DNA of 64,000 bases from Eledone cirrhosa. Lineage: Eukaryota. Of the stretch, positions 15,200 to 32,216 are shown piece after piece. The notes under the pieces were generated by a model. It searched no databases and was not told the DNA's origin. It was given only the letters and a program-made list of their open reading frames with translations. The stretch lies in the NCBI GenBank assembly GCA_964016885.1, contig OZ024742.1:289416001-289480000 (forward strand), given 5' to 3'. Every line of letters begins with the position of its first letter. Position 1 is the first letter of the stretch. Position numbers and translations under genes: made by a program.

Positions 15200-18100
15200 C
15201 CTTCACCAAACACCAACCACTCAATATACAACACCAAACACCAACCACTCTATACCCTTCACCAAACACTAACCACTCTATATCTTTCAGCGAACACTTT
15301 ATATCCTGCACCAAACACCAACCACTCAATATCCTTTACAAAATAACAACCATTCTATATCCTTCAGCAAACAACAACCACTCAATATCCTTCACCAAAT
15401 ACCAACTACTCAATATCCTTCAGCAAACAACAACCACTCAATATCCTTCACCAAATACCAACTACTCAATATCCTTCACCAAACAACAACCACTCAATAT
15501 CCTTCACCAAATACCAACTACTCAATATCCTTCACCAAACACCAACCACTCAATATCTTTCACCAAACACCAACCACTAAATATCCTTCACCAAACACCA
15601 ACCACTCAATATCCTTCACCAAACACAAACCACGCAATATTCTTTACCAAATAACAACCACTATATATCCTTCACCAAATAACAACCACTCTATATCCTT
15701 CACAAAACACCAACCTCTCAATATCCTTCACCAAACACCAACCACTCAATATCCTTCACCAAACACTAATCACTCTATGTTTCACCAAACACCAACCACT
15801 TAATATCCTTCACCAACCACTCAATATCCTTCACCAAACACTCTATATGCTTCACCAAACAACAACCACTGTATATCCTTCACCAAACACCAACCACTCT
15901 ATATCCTTCACCAAACACCAACCACTCAATATCCTACACCAAATACCAACCACTCAATATCTTTCACCAAACACCAACCACTCTATATCTTTCACCAAAC
16001 ACGAACCACTCTATATCCTTCACCAAACACCAACCACTCTATATACTTCACCAAACAGCAGCCACTCTATAACCTTCACTAAACATCAACCACTCTATAT
16101 CCTTCACCAAACAGCAACCACTCAATATGCTTCACCAAACACCAACCACTCAATATCCTTCACCAAACACCAACCACTCAATATCCTTCACCAAACACCA
16201 ACCACTCTATATACTTCACCAAACACCTACCACTCTATATCCTTCAGCAAACACAAACCACTCAATATCCTTCACCAAACACCAACCAATCTATCTCCTT
16301 CACGAAACACCAATCACTCAATATCCTTCACCAAACACCAACCACTTTATATCCTGCACCAAACACCAACCACTCTATATCCTTCACCAAACAACAACCA
16401 CTTAATATCCTTCACCAAATAACAACCAATTTATATCCTTCACCAAATACCAACTACTCAATATCCTTCACCAAACACCAACCACTCAATATCTTTCACC
16501 AAACACCAACCACTAAATATCCTTCACCAAACACCAACCACTCTATATCCTTCCCCAAACACCAACCACTCAATATCCTTCACCAAACACTCTATATCCT
16601 TCACCAAACACCAACCACTCTATATCCTTCACCAAACACCAACCACTCTATATCCTTCACCAAACACCAACCACTCAATATCCTTCACCAAACACCAACC
16701 ACTCAATACGCTTAACCAAACACCAACCACTCTATATCCTTCACCAAACACCAACCACTCTATATCTTTCACTAAACACCAACCACTCTATATCTTTCAC
16801 CAAACACCAACCACTCTATATCCTTCACCAAACACCAACCACTCTATATCTTTCACTAAACACCAACCACTCTATATCTTTCACCAAACACCAACCACTC
16901 TATATCCTTCACCAAACGCCAACCACTCTATATCCTTCACCAAACATCAACCACTCTATACCCTTCACCAAACACCAACCAATCTATCTCCTTCACCAAA
17001 CACCAACCACTCAATATCTTTCACCAAAAATCTTTATATCCTTCACCAAACACCAACCACTCTATATACTTTACCAAACAGCAGCCACTCTATATCCTTC
17101 ACCAAATTCAACCACTTAATATCCTTCACCAAACACCAACCACTCAATATCTTTCACCAAACACAAACCACTCTATATCCTTCACCAAACACCAACCTCT
17201 TAATATCTTTCACCAAACACCAACCACTAAATATCCTTCACCAACACCAACCACTCTATATCCTTCACCAAACACCAACCACTCTGTATCCTTCACCAAA
17301 CACCAACCACTCTGTATCCTTCACCAAACACCAACCACTCTATATCCTTCACCAAACACCAACCACTCAATATCCTTCACCAAACACTCTATATGCTTGA
17401 CCAAACACCAACCACTCAATATCCTTCACCAAACACCAACCGCTCTATATCCTTCACCAAACACCAACCACTCTATGTCCTTCACCAAACACCAACCACT
17501 TAATATCCTTCACCAACCACTCAATATCCTTCACCAAACACTCTATATGCTTCACCAATCACCAACCACTCTATATCCTTCACCAAACACCAACCACTCT
17601 ATATCCTTCACCAAACACTAACCACTCTCTATCCTTCACCAAACAACTACCACTCTATATCCTTCACCAAACACCAACCACTCTATATCCTTCACCAAAC
17701 ACCAACCACTCAATATCCTTCACCAAACAACTACCACTCTATATCCGTCACCAAATACCAACTACTAAATATCCTTCACCAAACACCAACCTCTCAATAT
17801 CCTTCACCAAACACCAACCACTCAATATCCTTCACCAAACACTAACCACTCTATGTCCTTCACCAAACACCAACCACTTAATATCCTTCACCAACCACTC
17901 AATATCCTTCACCAAACACTCTATATGCTTCACCAATCACCAACCACTCTATATCCTTCACCAAACACCAACCACTCTATATCCTTCACCAAACACTAAC
18001 CACTCTCTATCCTTCACCAAACAACTACCACTCTATATCCTTCACCAAACACCAACCACTCTATATCCTTCACCAAACACCAACCACTCAATATCCTTCA

Positions 18101-21100
18101 CCAAACACCAACCACTCTATGTCCTTCACCAAACACCAACCACTCTATATCTTTCACCAAACACGAACCACTCTATATCCTTCACCAAACACCAACCACT
18201 CTATATACTTCACCAAACAGCAGCCACTCTATAACCTTCACTAAACATCAACCACTCTATATCCTTCACCAAACACCAACCACTCAATATGCTTCACCAA
18301 ACACGAACCACTCAATATCCTTCACCAAACACCAACCACTCTATATCCTTCACCAAACACCTACCACTCTATATACTTTACCAAACACCAACTACTCAAT
18401 ATCCTTCACCAAACACGAACCAATCTATATACTTCACCAAACAGCAGCCACTCTATAACCTTCACTAAACATCAACCACTGTATATCCTTCAGCAAACAC
18501 AAACCACTCAATATCCTTCACCAAACACCAACCACTCTATATCCTTCACCAAACACCAACCAATCTATCTCCTTCACGAAACACCAATCACTCAATATCC
18601 TTCACCAAACACCAACCACTTTATATCCTGCACCAAACACCAACCACTCTATATCCTTCACCAAACAACAACCACTTAATATCCTTCACCAAATAACAAC
18701 CAATTTATATCCTTCACCAAATACCAACCACTCAATATCTTTCACCAAACACAAACCACTCTATATCCTTCACCAAACAACAACCACTTAATATCCTTCA
18801 CCAAATACCAACCACTCAATATCTTTCACCAAACACCAACCACTCTATATCCTTCACCAAACACCAACCTCTTAATATCTTTCACCAAACACCAACCACT
18901 AAATATCCTTCACCAAACACCAACCACTCTATATCCTTCACCAAACACCAACCACTCTATATCCTTCACCAAACACCAACCACTCAATATCCTTCACCAA
19001 ACACTCTATATGCTTCACCAAACACCAACCACTCAATATCCTTCACCAAACACCAACCACTCTATATCCTTCACCAACCACCAACCACTCTATATCCTTC
19101 ACCAAACACCAACCACTCAATATCCTTCACCAAACACTCTATATGCTTCACCAAACACCAACCACTCTATATCCTTCACCAAACACCAACCACTCTATAT
19201 CCTTCCCCAAACACCAACCACTCAATATCCTTCACCAAACACTCTATATCCTTCACCAAACACCAACCACTCAATATCCTACACCAAACACCAACCTCTC
19301 AATATCCTTCACCAAACACCAACCACTCAATATCCTTCACCAAACACCAACCACTCAATGTACAACACCAAACACCAACCACTCTATACCCTTCACCAAA
19401 CACTAACCACTCTATATCTTTCAGCGAACACTTTATATCCTGCACCAATCACCAACCACTCAATATCCTTTACAAAATAACAATCATTCTATATCCTTCA
19501 GCAAACAACAACCACTCAATATCCTTCACCAAATACCAACTACTCAATATCCTTCAGCAAACAACAACCACTCAATATCCTTCACCAAATACCAACTACT
19601 CAATATCCTTCACCAAACAACAACCACTCAATATCCTTCACCAAATACCAACTACTCAATATCCTTCACCAAACACCAACCACTCAATATCTTTCACCAA
19701 ACACCAACCACTAAATATCCTTCACCAAACACCAACCACTCAATATCCTTCACCAAACACAAACCACGCAATATTCTTTACCAAATAACAACCACTATAT
19801 ATCCTTCACCAAATAACAACCACTCTATATCCTTCACAAAACACCAACCTCTCAATATCCTTCACCAAACACCAACCACTCAATATCCTTCACCAAACAC
19901 TAATCACTCTATGTTTCACCAAACACCAACCACTTAATATCCTTCACCAACCACTCAATATCCTTCACCAAACACTCTATATGCTTCACCAAACAACAAC
20001 CACTGTATATCCTTCACCAAACACCAACCACTCTATATCCTTCACCAAACACCAACCACTCAATATCCTACACCAAATACCAACCACTCAATATCTTTCA
20101 CCAAACACCAACCACTCTATATCTTTCACCAAACACGAACCACTCTATATCCTTCACCAAACACCAACCACTCTATATACTTCACCAAACAGCAGCCACT
20201 CTATAACCTTCACTAAACATCAACCACTCTATATCCTTCACCAAACACCAAGCACTCAATATGCTTCACCAAACACCAACCACTCAATATCCTTCACCAA
20301 ACACCAACCACTCAATATCCTTCACCAAACACCAACCACTCTATATACTTCACCAAACACCTACCACTCTATATCCTTCAGCAAACACAAACCACTCAAT
20401 ATCCTTCACCAAACACCAACCAATCTATCTCCGTCACGAAACACCAATCACTCAATATCCTTCAACAAACACCAACCACTTTATATCCTGCACCAAACAC
20501 CAACCACTCTATATCCTTCACCAAACAACAACCACTTAATATCCTTCACCAAATAACAACCAATTTATATCCTTCACCAAATACCAACTACTCAATATCC
20601 TTCACCAAACACCAACCACTCAATATCTTTCACCAAACACCAACCACTAAATATCCTTCACCAAACACCAACCACTCTATATCCTTCCCCAAACACCAAC
20701 CACTCAATATCCTTCACCAAACACTCTATATCCTTCACCAAACACCAACCACTCTATATCCTTCACCAAACACCAACCACTCTATATCCTTCACCAAACA
20801 CCAACCACTCAATATCCTTCACCAAACACCAACCACTCAATACGCTTAACCAAACACCAACCACTCTATATCCTTCACCAAACACCAACCACTCTATATC
20901 TTTCACTAAACACCAACCACTCTATATCTTTCACCAAACACCAACCACTCTATATCCTTCACCAAACACCAACCACTCTATATCTTTCACTAAACACCAA
21001 CCACTCTATATCTTTCACCAAACACCAACCACTCTATATCCTTCACCAAACATCAACCACTCTATACCCTTCACCAAACACCAACCAATCTATCTCCTTC

Positions 21101-24100
21101 ACCAAACACCAACCACTCAATATCTTTCACCAAAAATCTTTATATCCTTCACCAAACACCAACCACTCTATATACTTTACCAAACAGCAGCCACTCTATA
21201 TCCTTCACCAAATTCAACCACTTAATATCCTTCACCAAACACCAACCACTCAATATCTTTCACCAAACACAAACCACTCTATATCCTTCACCAAACACCA
21301 ACCTCTTAATATCTTTCACCAAACACCAACCACTAAATATCCTTCACCAACACCAACCACTCTATATCCTTCACCAAACACCAACCACTCTGTATCCTTC
21401 ACCAAACACCAACCACTCTGTATCCTTCACCAAACACCAACCACTCTATATCCTTCACCAAACACCAACCACTCTGTATCCTTCACCAAACACCAACCAC
21501 TCAATATCCTTCACCAAACACTCTATATGCTTGACCAAACACCAACCACTCAATATCCTTCACCAAACACCAACCGCTCTATATCCTTCACCAAACACCA
21601 ACCACTCTATGTCCTTCACCAAACACCAACCACTTAATATCCTTCACCAACCACTCAATATCCTTCACCAAACACTCTATATGCTTCACCAATCACCAAC
21701 CACTCTATATCCTTCACCAAACACCAACCACTCTATATCCTTCACCAAACACTAACCACTCTCTATCCTTCACCAAACAACTACCACTCTATATCCTTCA
21801 CCAAACACCAACCACTCTATATCCTTCACCAAACACCAACCACTCAATATCCTTCACCAAACAACTACCACTCTATATCCGTCACCAAATACCAACTACT
21901 AAATATCCTTCACCAAACACCAACCTCTCAATATCCTTCACCAAACACCAACCACTCAATATCCTTCACCAAACACTAACCACTCTATGTCCTTCACCAA
22001 ACACCAACCACTTAATATCCTTCACCAACCACTCAATATCCTTCACCAAACACTCTATATGCTTCACCAATCACCAACCACTCTATATCCTTCACCAAAC
22101 ACCAACCACTCTATATCCTTCACCAAACACTAACCACTCTCTATCCTTCACCAAACAACTACCACTCTATATCCTTCACCAAACACCAACCACTCTATAT
22201 CCTTCACCAAACACCAACCACTCAATATCCTTCACCAAACACCAACCACTCTATGTCCTTCACCAAACACCAACCACTCTATATCTTTCACCAAACACGA
22301 ACCACTCTATATCCTTCACCAAACACCAACCACTCTATATACTTCACCAAACAGCAGCCACTCTATAACCTTCACTAAACATCAACCACTCTATATCCTT
22401 CACCAAACACCAACCACTCAATATGCTTCACCAAACACGAACCACTCAATATCCTTCACCAAACACCAACCACTCTATATCCTTCCCCAAACACCAACCA
22501 CTCAATATCCTTCACCAAACACTCTATATCCTTCACCAAACACCAACCACTCTATATCCTTCACCAAACACCAACCACTCTATATCCTTCACCAAACACC
22601 AACCACTCAATATCCTTCACCAAACACCAACCACTCAATACGCTTAACCAAACACCAACCACTCTATATCCTTCACCAAACACCAACCACTCTATATCTT
22701 TCACTAAACACCAACCACTCTATATCTTTCACCAAACACCAACCACTCTATATCCTTCACCAAACACCAACCACTCTATATCTTTCACTAAACACCAACC
22801 ACTCTATATCTTTCACCAAACACCAACCACTCTATATCCTTCACCAAACGCCAACCACTCTATATCCTTCACCAAACATCAACCACTCTATACCCTTCAC
22901 CAAACACCAACCAATCTATCTCCTTCACCAAACACCAACCACTCAATATCTTTCACCAAAAATCTTTATATCCTTCACCAAACACCAACCACTCTATATA
23001 CTTTACCAAACAGCAGCCACTCTATATCCTTCACCAAATTCAACCACTTAATATCCTTCACCAAACACCAACCACTCAATATCTTTCACCAAACACAAAC
23101 CACTCTATATCCTTCACCAAACACCAACCTCTTAATATCTTTCACCAAACACCAACCACTAAATATCCTTCACCAACACCAACCACTCTATATCCTTCAC
23201 CAAACACCAACCACTCTGTATCCTTCACCAAACACCAACCACTCTGTATCCTTCACCAAACACCAACCACTCTATATCCTTCACCAAACACCAACCACTC
23301 AATATCCTTCACCAAACACTCTATATGCTTGACCAAACACCAACCACTCAATATCCTTCACCAAACACCAACCGCTCTATATCCTTCACCAAACACCAAC
23401 CACTCTATGTCCTTCACCAAACACCAACCACTTAATATCCTTCACCAACCACTCAATATCCTTCACCAAACACTCTATATGCTTCACCAATCACCAACCA
23501 CTCTATATCCTTCACCAAACAACTACCACTCTATATCCGTCACCAAATACCAACTACTAAATATCCTTCACCAAACACCAACCTCTCAATATCCTTCACC
23601 AAACACCAACCACTCAATATCCTTCACCAAACACTAACCACTCTATGTCCTTCACCAAACACCAACCACTTAATATCCTTCACCAACCACTCAATATCCT
23701 TCACCAAACACTCTATATGCTTCACCAATCACCAACCACTCTATATCCTTCACCAAACACCAACCACTCTATATCCTTCACCAAACACTAACCACTCTCT
23801 ATCCTTCACCAAACAACTACCACTCTATATCCTTCACCAAACACCAACCACTCTATATCCTTCACCAAACACCAACCACTCAATATCCTTCACCAAACAC
23901 CAACCACTCTATGTCCTTCACCAAACACCAACCACTCTATATCTTTCACCAAACACGAACCACTCTATATCCTTCACCAAACACCAACCACTCTATATAC
24001 TTCACCAAACAGCAGCCACTCTATAACCTTCACTAAACATCAACCACTCTATATCCTTCACCAAACACCAACCACTCAATATGCTTCACCAAACACGAAC

Positions 24101-27100
24101 CACTCAATATCCTTCACCAAACACCAACCACTCTATATCCTTCACCAAACACCTACCACTCTATATACTTTACCAAACACCAACTACTCAATATCCTTCA
24201 CCAAACACGAACCAATCTATATACTTCACCAAACAGCAGCCACTCTATAACCTTCACTAAACATCAACCACTGTATATCCTTCAGCAAACACAAACCACT
24301 CAATATCCTTCACCAAACACCAACCACTCTATATCCTTCACCAAACACCAACCAATCTATCTCCTTCACGAAACACCAATCACTCAATATCCTTCACCAA
24401 ACACCAACCACTTTATATCCTGCACCAAACACCAACCACTCTATATCCTTCACCAAACAACAACCACTTAATATCCTTCACCAAATAACAACCAATTTAT
24501 ATCCTTCACCAAATACCAACCACTCAATATCTTTCACCAAACACAAACCACTCTATATCCTTCACCAAACAACAACCACTTAATATCCTTCACCAAATAC
24601 CAACCACTCAATATCTTTCACCAAACACCAACCACTCTATATCCTTCACCAAACACCAACCTCTTAATATCTTTCACCAAACACCAACCACTAAATATCC
24701 TTCACCAAACACCAACCACTCTATATCCTTCACCAAACACCAACCACTCTATATCCTTCACCAAACACCAACCACTCAATATCCTTCACCAAACACTCTA
24801 TATGCTTCACCAAACACCAACCACTCAATATCCTTCACCAAACACCAACCACTCTATATCCTTCACCAACCACCAACCACTCTATATCCTTCACCAAACA
24901 CCAACCACTCAATATCCTTCACCAAACACTCTATATGCTTCACCAAACACCAACCACTCTATATCCTTCACCAAACACCAACCACTCTATATCCTTCCCC
25001 AAACACCAACCACTCAATATCCTTCACCAAACACTCTATATCCTTCACCAAACACCAACCACTCAATATCCTACACCAAACACCAACCTCTCAATATCCT
25101 TCACCAAACACCAACCACTCAATATCCTTCACCAAACACCAACCACTCAATGTACAACACCAAACACCAACCACTCTATACCCTTCACCAAACACTAACC
25201 ACTCTATATCTTTCAGCGAACACTTTATATCCTGCACCAAACACCAACCACTCAATATCCTTTACAAAATAACAACCATTCTATATCCTTCAGCAAACAA
25301 CAACCACTCAATATCCTTCACCAAATACCAACTACTCAATATCCTTCAGCAAACAACAACCACTCAATATCCTTCACCAAATACCAACTACTCAATATCC
25401 TTCACCAAACAACAACCACTCAATATCCTTCACCAAATACCAACTACTCAATATCCTTCACCAAACACCAACCACTCAATATCTTTCACCAAACACCAAC
25501 CACTAAATATCCTTCACCAAACACCAACCACTCAATATCCTTCACCAAACACAAACCACGCAATATTCTTTACCAAATAACAACCACTATATATCCTTCA
25601 CCAAATAACAACCACTCTATATCCTTCACAAAACACCAACCTCTCAATATCCTTCACCAAACACCAACCACTCAATATCCTTCACCAAACACTAATCACT
25701 CTATGTTTCACCAAACACCAACCACTTAATATCCTTCACCAACCACTCAATATCCTTCACCAAACACTCTATATGCTTCACCAAACAACAACCACTGTAT
25801 ATCCTTCACCAAACACCAACCACTCTATATCCTTCACCAAACACCAACCACTCAATATCCTACACCAAATACCAACCACTCAATATCTTTCACCAAACAC
25901 CAACCACTCTATATCTTTCACCAAACACGAACCACTCTATATCCTTCACCAAACACCAACCACTCTATATACTTCACCAAACAGCAGCCACTCTATAACC
26001 TTCACTAAACATCAACCACTCTATATCCTTCACCAAACACCAAGCACTCAATATGCTTCACCAAACACCAACCACTCAATATCCTTCACCAAACACCAAC
26101 CACTCAATATCCTTCACCAAACACCAACCACTCTATATACTTCACCAAACACCTACCACTCTATATCCTTCAGCAAACACAAACCACTCAATATCCTTCA
26201 CCAAACACCAACCAATCTATCTCCGTCACGAAACACCAATCACTCAATATCCTTCAACAAACACCAACCACTTTATATCCTGCACCAAACACCAACCACT
26301 CTATATCCTTCACCAAACAACAACCACTTAATATCCTTCACCAAATAACAACCAATTTATATCCTTCACCAAATACCAACTACTCAATATCCTTCACCAA
26401 ACACCAACCACTCAATATCTTTCACCAAACACCAACCACTAAATATCCTTCACCAAACACCAACCACTCTATATCCTTCCCCAAACACCAACCACTCAAT
26501 ATCCTTCACCAAACACTCTATATCCTTCACCAAACACCAACCACTCTATATCCTTCACCAAACACCAACCACTCTATATCCTTCACCAAACACCAACCAC
26601 TCAATATCCTTCACCAAACACCAACCACTCAATACGCTTAACCAAACACCAACCACTCTATATCCTTCACCAAACACCAACCACTCTATATCTTTCACTA
26701 AACACCAACCACTCTATATCTTTCACCAAACACCAACCACTCTATATCCTTCACCAAACACCAACCACTCTATATCTTTCACTAAACACCAACCACTCTA
26801 TATCTTTCACCAAACACCAACCACTCTATATCCTTCACCAAACGCCAACCACTCTATATCCTTCACCAAACATCAACCACTCTATACCCTTCACCAAACA
26901 CCAACCAATCTATCTCCTTCACCAAACACCAACCACTCAATATCTTTCACCAAAAATCTTTATATCCTTCACCAAACACCAACCACTCTATATACTTTAC
27001 CAAACAGCAGCCACTCTATATCCTTCACCAAATTCAACCACTTAATATCCTTCACCAAACACCAACCACTCAATATCTTTCACCAAACACAAACCACTCT

Positions 27101-29250
27101 ATATCCTTCACCAAACACCAACCTCTTAATATCTTTCACCAAACACCAACCACTAAATATCCTTCACCAACACCAACCACTCTATATCCTTCACCAAACA
27201 CCAACCACTCTGTATCCTTCACCAAACACCAACCACTCTGTATCCTTCACCAAACACCAACCACTCTATATCCTTCACCAAACACCAACCACTCTGTATC
27301 CTTCACCAAACACCAACCACTCAATATCCTTCACCAAACACTCTATATGCTTGACCAAACACCAACCACTCAATATCCTTCACCAAACACCAACCGCTCT
27401 ATATCCTTCACCAAACACCAACCACTCTATGTCCTTCACCAAACACCAACCACTTAATATCCTTCACCAACCACTCAATATCCTTCACCAAACACTCTAT
27501 ATGCTTCACCAATCACCAACCACTCTATATCCTTCACCAAACACCAACCACTCTATATCCTTCACCAAACACTAACCACTCTCTATCCTTCACCAAACAA
27601 CTACCACTCTATATCCTTCACCAAACACCAACCACTCTATATCCTTCACCAAACACCAACCACTCAATATCCTTCACCAAACAACTACCACTCTATATCC
27701 GTCACCAAATACCAACTACTAAATATCCTTCACCAAACACCAACCTCTCAATATCCTTCACCAAACACCAACCACTCAATATCCTTCACCAAACACTAAC
27801 CACTCTATGTCCTTCACCAAACACCAACCACTTAATATCCTTCACCAACCACTCAATATCCTTCACCAAACACTCTATATGCTTCACCAATCACCAACCA
27901 CTCTATATCCTTCACCAAACACCAACCACTCTATATCCTTCACCAAACACTAACCACTCTCTATCCTTCACCAAACAACTACCACTCTATATCCTTCACC
28001 AAACACCAACCACTCTATATCCTTCACCAAACACCAACCACTCAATATCCTTCACCAAACACCAACCACTCTATGTCCTTCACCAAACACCAACCACTCT
28101 ATATCTTTCACCAAACACGAACCACTCTATATCCTTCACCAAACACCAACCACTCTATATACTTCACCAAACAGCAGCCACTCTATAACCTTCACTAAAC
28201 ATCAACCACTCTATATCCTTCACCAAACACCAACCACTCAATATGCTTCACCAAACACGAACCACTCAATATCCTTCACCAAACACCAACCACTCTATAT
28301 CCTTCACCAAACACCTACCACTCTATATACTTTACCAAACACCAACTACTCAATATCCTTCACCAAACACGAACCAATCTATATACTTCACCAAACAGCA
28401 GCCACTCTATAACCTTCACTAAACATCAACCACTGTATATCCTTCAGCAAACACAAACCACTCAATATCCTTCACCAAACACCAACCACTCTATATCCTT
28501 CACCAAACACCAACCAATCTATCTCCTTCACGAAACACCAATCACTCAATATCCTTCACCAAACACCAACCACTTTATATCCTGCGCCAAACAACAACCA
28601 CTCTATATCCTTCACCAAACAACAACCACTTAATATCCTTCACCAAATAACAACCAATTTATATCCTTCACCAAATACCAACCACTCAATATCTTTCACC
28701 AAACACAAACCACTCTATATCCTTCACCAAACAACAACCACTTAATATCCTTCACCAAATACCAACCACTCAATATCTTTCACCAAACACCAACCACTCT
28801 ATATCCTTCACCAAACACCAACCTCTTAATATCTTTCACCAAACACCAACCACTAAATATCCTTCACCAAACACCAACCACTCTATATCCTTCACCAAAC
28901 ACCAACCACTCTATATCCTTCACCAAACACCAACCACTCAATATCCTTCACCAAACACTCTATATGCTTCACCAAACACCAACCACTCAATATCCTTCAC
29001 CAAACACCAACCACTCTATATCCTTCACCAACCACCAACCACTCTATATCCTTCACCAAACACCAACCACTCAATATCCTTCACCAAACACTCTATATGC
29101 TTCACCAAACACCAACCACTCTATATCCTTCACCAAACACCAACCACTCTATATCCTTCCCCAAACACCAACCACTCAATATCCTTCACCAAACACTCTA
29201 TATCCTTCACCAAACACCAACCACTCAATATCCTACACCAAACACCAACC
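15200..29250. repeat. Three copies of a ~4.1-kb higher-order unit; the middle copy is lengthened by an internal ~1.7-1.8-kb duplication (boundaries approximate)
   Basis: The private variant CAGCGAACACTTTAT occurs at 15288, 19422 and 25214 (offsets 4134 and 5792). Pseudo-ORF landmarks agree: 15847/19981/25773 and 17397/21531/23329/27351. Confidence 0.88.
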
Positions 29251-32216
29251 TCTCTATATCCTTCACCAAACACCAACCACTCAATATCCTTCACCAAACA
29301 CCAACCACTCAATATCTTTCACCAAACACAAACCACTCTATATCCTTCACCAAACACCAACCTCTTAATATTTTTCACCAAACACCAACCACTAAATATC
29401 CTTCACCAACACCAACCACTCTATATCCTTCACCAAACACCAACCACTCTATATCCTTCACCAAACACCAACCACTCAATATCCTTCACCAAACACTCTA
29501 TATGCTTGACCAAACACCAACCACTCAATATCCTTCACCAAACACCAACCACTCTATATCCTTCACCAAACACCAACCACTCTATATCCTTCACCAAACA
29601 CCAGCCACTCAATATCTTTCACCAAACACCAACCACTCAATATCCTTCACCAAACACCAACCACTCTATATCTTTCACCAAACACCAACCACTCTATATC
29701 CTTCACCAAACACCAACCACTCTATATCTTTCACCAAACACCAACCACTCTATATACTTCACCAAACAACAACCACTCTATATCCTTCACCAAACACCAA
29801 CCACTCTATATCTTTCACCAAACGCCAACCACTCTATATCCTTCATCAAACATCAACCACTCTATATCCTTCACCAAACATCAACCAATCTATATCCTTC
29901 ACCAAACAACAACCACTCCATATCCTTCACCAAATAACAACCAATCTATATCCGTCACCAAATACCAACTACTAAATATCCTTCACCAAACACCAACCAC
30001 TCAATATCCTTCACCAAACACAAACCAATCAATATTCTTTACCAAATAACAACCACTATATATCCTTCACCAAAATAACAACCACTCCATATCCTTCACC
30101 AAACACCAACCTCTCAATATCCTTCACCAAACACCAACCACTCAATATCCTTCACCAAACACTAACCACTCTATGTCCTTCACCAAACACCAACCACTTA
30201 ATATCCTTCACCAACCACTCAATATCCTTCACCAAACACTCTATATGCTTCACCAATCACCAACCACTCTATATCCTTCACCAAACACCAACCACTCAAT
30301 ATCCTTCACCAAACACCAACCACTGTATATCCTTCACCAAACACCAACCACTCTATATCCTTCACCAAACACCAACCACTCAATATCCTTCACCAAACAC
30401 CAACCACTCTATATCCTTCACCAAACACCAACCACTCAATATCCTTCACCAAACACCAACCACTCTATATCCTTCACCAAACACTAACCACTCTCTATCC
30501 TTCACCAAACAACTACCACTCTATATCCTTCACCAAACACCAACCACTCTATATCCTTCACCAAACACCAACCACTCAATATCCTTCACCAAACACCAAC
30601 CACTCTATTTCCTTCACCTAACACCAACCACTCTATATACTTCACCAAACAGCAGCCACTCTATAACCTTCACTAAACATCAACCACTCTATATCCTTCA
30701 CCAAACACCAACCACTCAATATGCTTCACCAAACACGAACCACTCAATATCCTTCACCAAACACCAACCACTCAATATCCTTCACCAAACACCAACCACT
30801 CTATATCCTTCACCAAACACCTACCACTCTATATACTTTACCAAACACCAACTACTCAATATCCTTCACCAAACACGAACCAATCTATATACTTCACCAA
30901 ACAGCAGCCACTCTATAACCTTCACTAAACATCAACCACTGTATATCCTTCAGCAAACACAAACCACTCAATATCCTTCACCAAACACCAACCACTCTAT
31001 ATCCTTCACCAAACACCAACCAATCTATCTCCTTCACGAAACACCAATCACTCAATATCCTTCACCAAACACCAACCACTTTATATCCTGCACCAAACAC
31101 CAACCACTCTATATCCTTCACCAAACAACAACCACTTAATATCCTTCACCAAATAACAACCAATTTATATCCTTCACCAAATACCAACCACTCAATATCT
31201 TTCACCAAACACAAACCACTCTATATCCTTCACCAAACAACAACCACTTAATATCCTTCACCAAATACCAACCACTCAATATCTTTCACCAAACACCAAC
31301 CACTCTATATCCTTCACCAAACACCAACCTCTTAATATCTTTCACCAAACACCAACCACTAAATATCCTTCACCAAACACCAACCACTCTATATCCTTCA
31401 CCAAACACCAACCACTCTATATCCTTCACCAAACACCAACCACTCAATATCCTTCACCAAACACTCTATATGCTTCACCAAACACCAACCACTCAATATC
31501 CTTCACCAAACACCAACCACTCTATATCCTTCACCAAACACCAACCACTCTATATCCTTCACCAAACACCAACCACTCAATATCCTTCACCAAACACTCT
31601 ATATCCTTCACCAAACACCAACCACTCCATATCCTTCACCAAACACCAACCACTCTATATCCTTCACCAAACACCAACCACTCTATATCCTTCCCCAAAC
31701 ACCAACCACTCAATATCCTTCACCAAACACCAACCACTCTATATCCTTCACCAAACACCAACCACTTAATATCCTTCACCAAACACCAACCACTCAATAC
31801 GCTTAACCAAACACCAACCACTCTATATCCTTCACCAAACACCAACCACTCTATATCTTTCACTAAACACCAACCACTCTATATCTTTCACCAAACACCA
31901 ACCACTCTATTTACTTCACCAAACAACAACCACTCTATATCCTTCACCAAACACCAACCACTCTATATCCTTCACCAAACGCCAACCACTCTATATCCTT
32001 CACCAAACATCAACCACTCTATACCCTTCACCAAACACCAACCAATCTATCTCCTTCACCAAACACCAACCACTCAATATCTTTCACCAAAAATCTTTAT
32101 ATCCTGCACCAAACACCAACCACTCAATATCCTTCACCATACAACAACCACTCAATATCCTTCACCAAATAACAACAAATCTATATCCTTCACCAAATAC
32201 CATCTACTCAATATCC

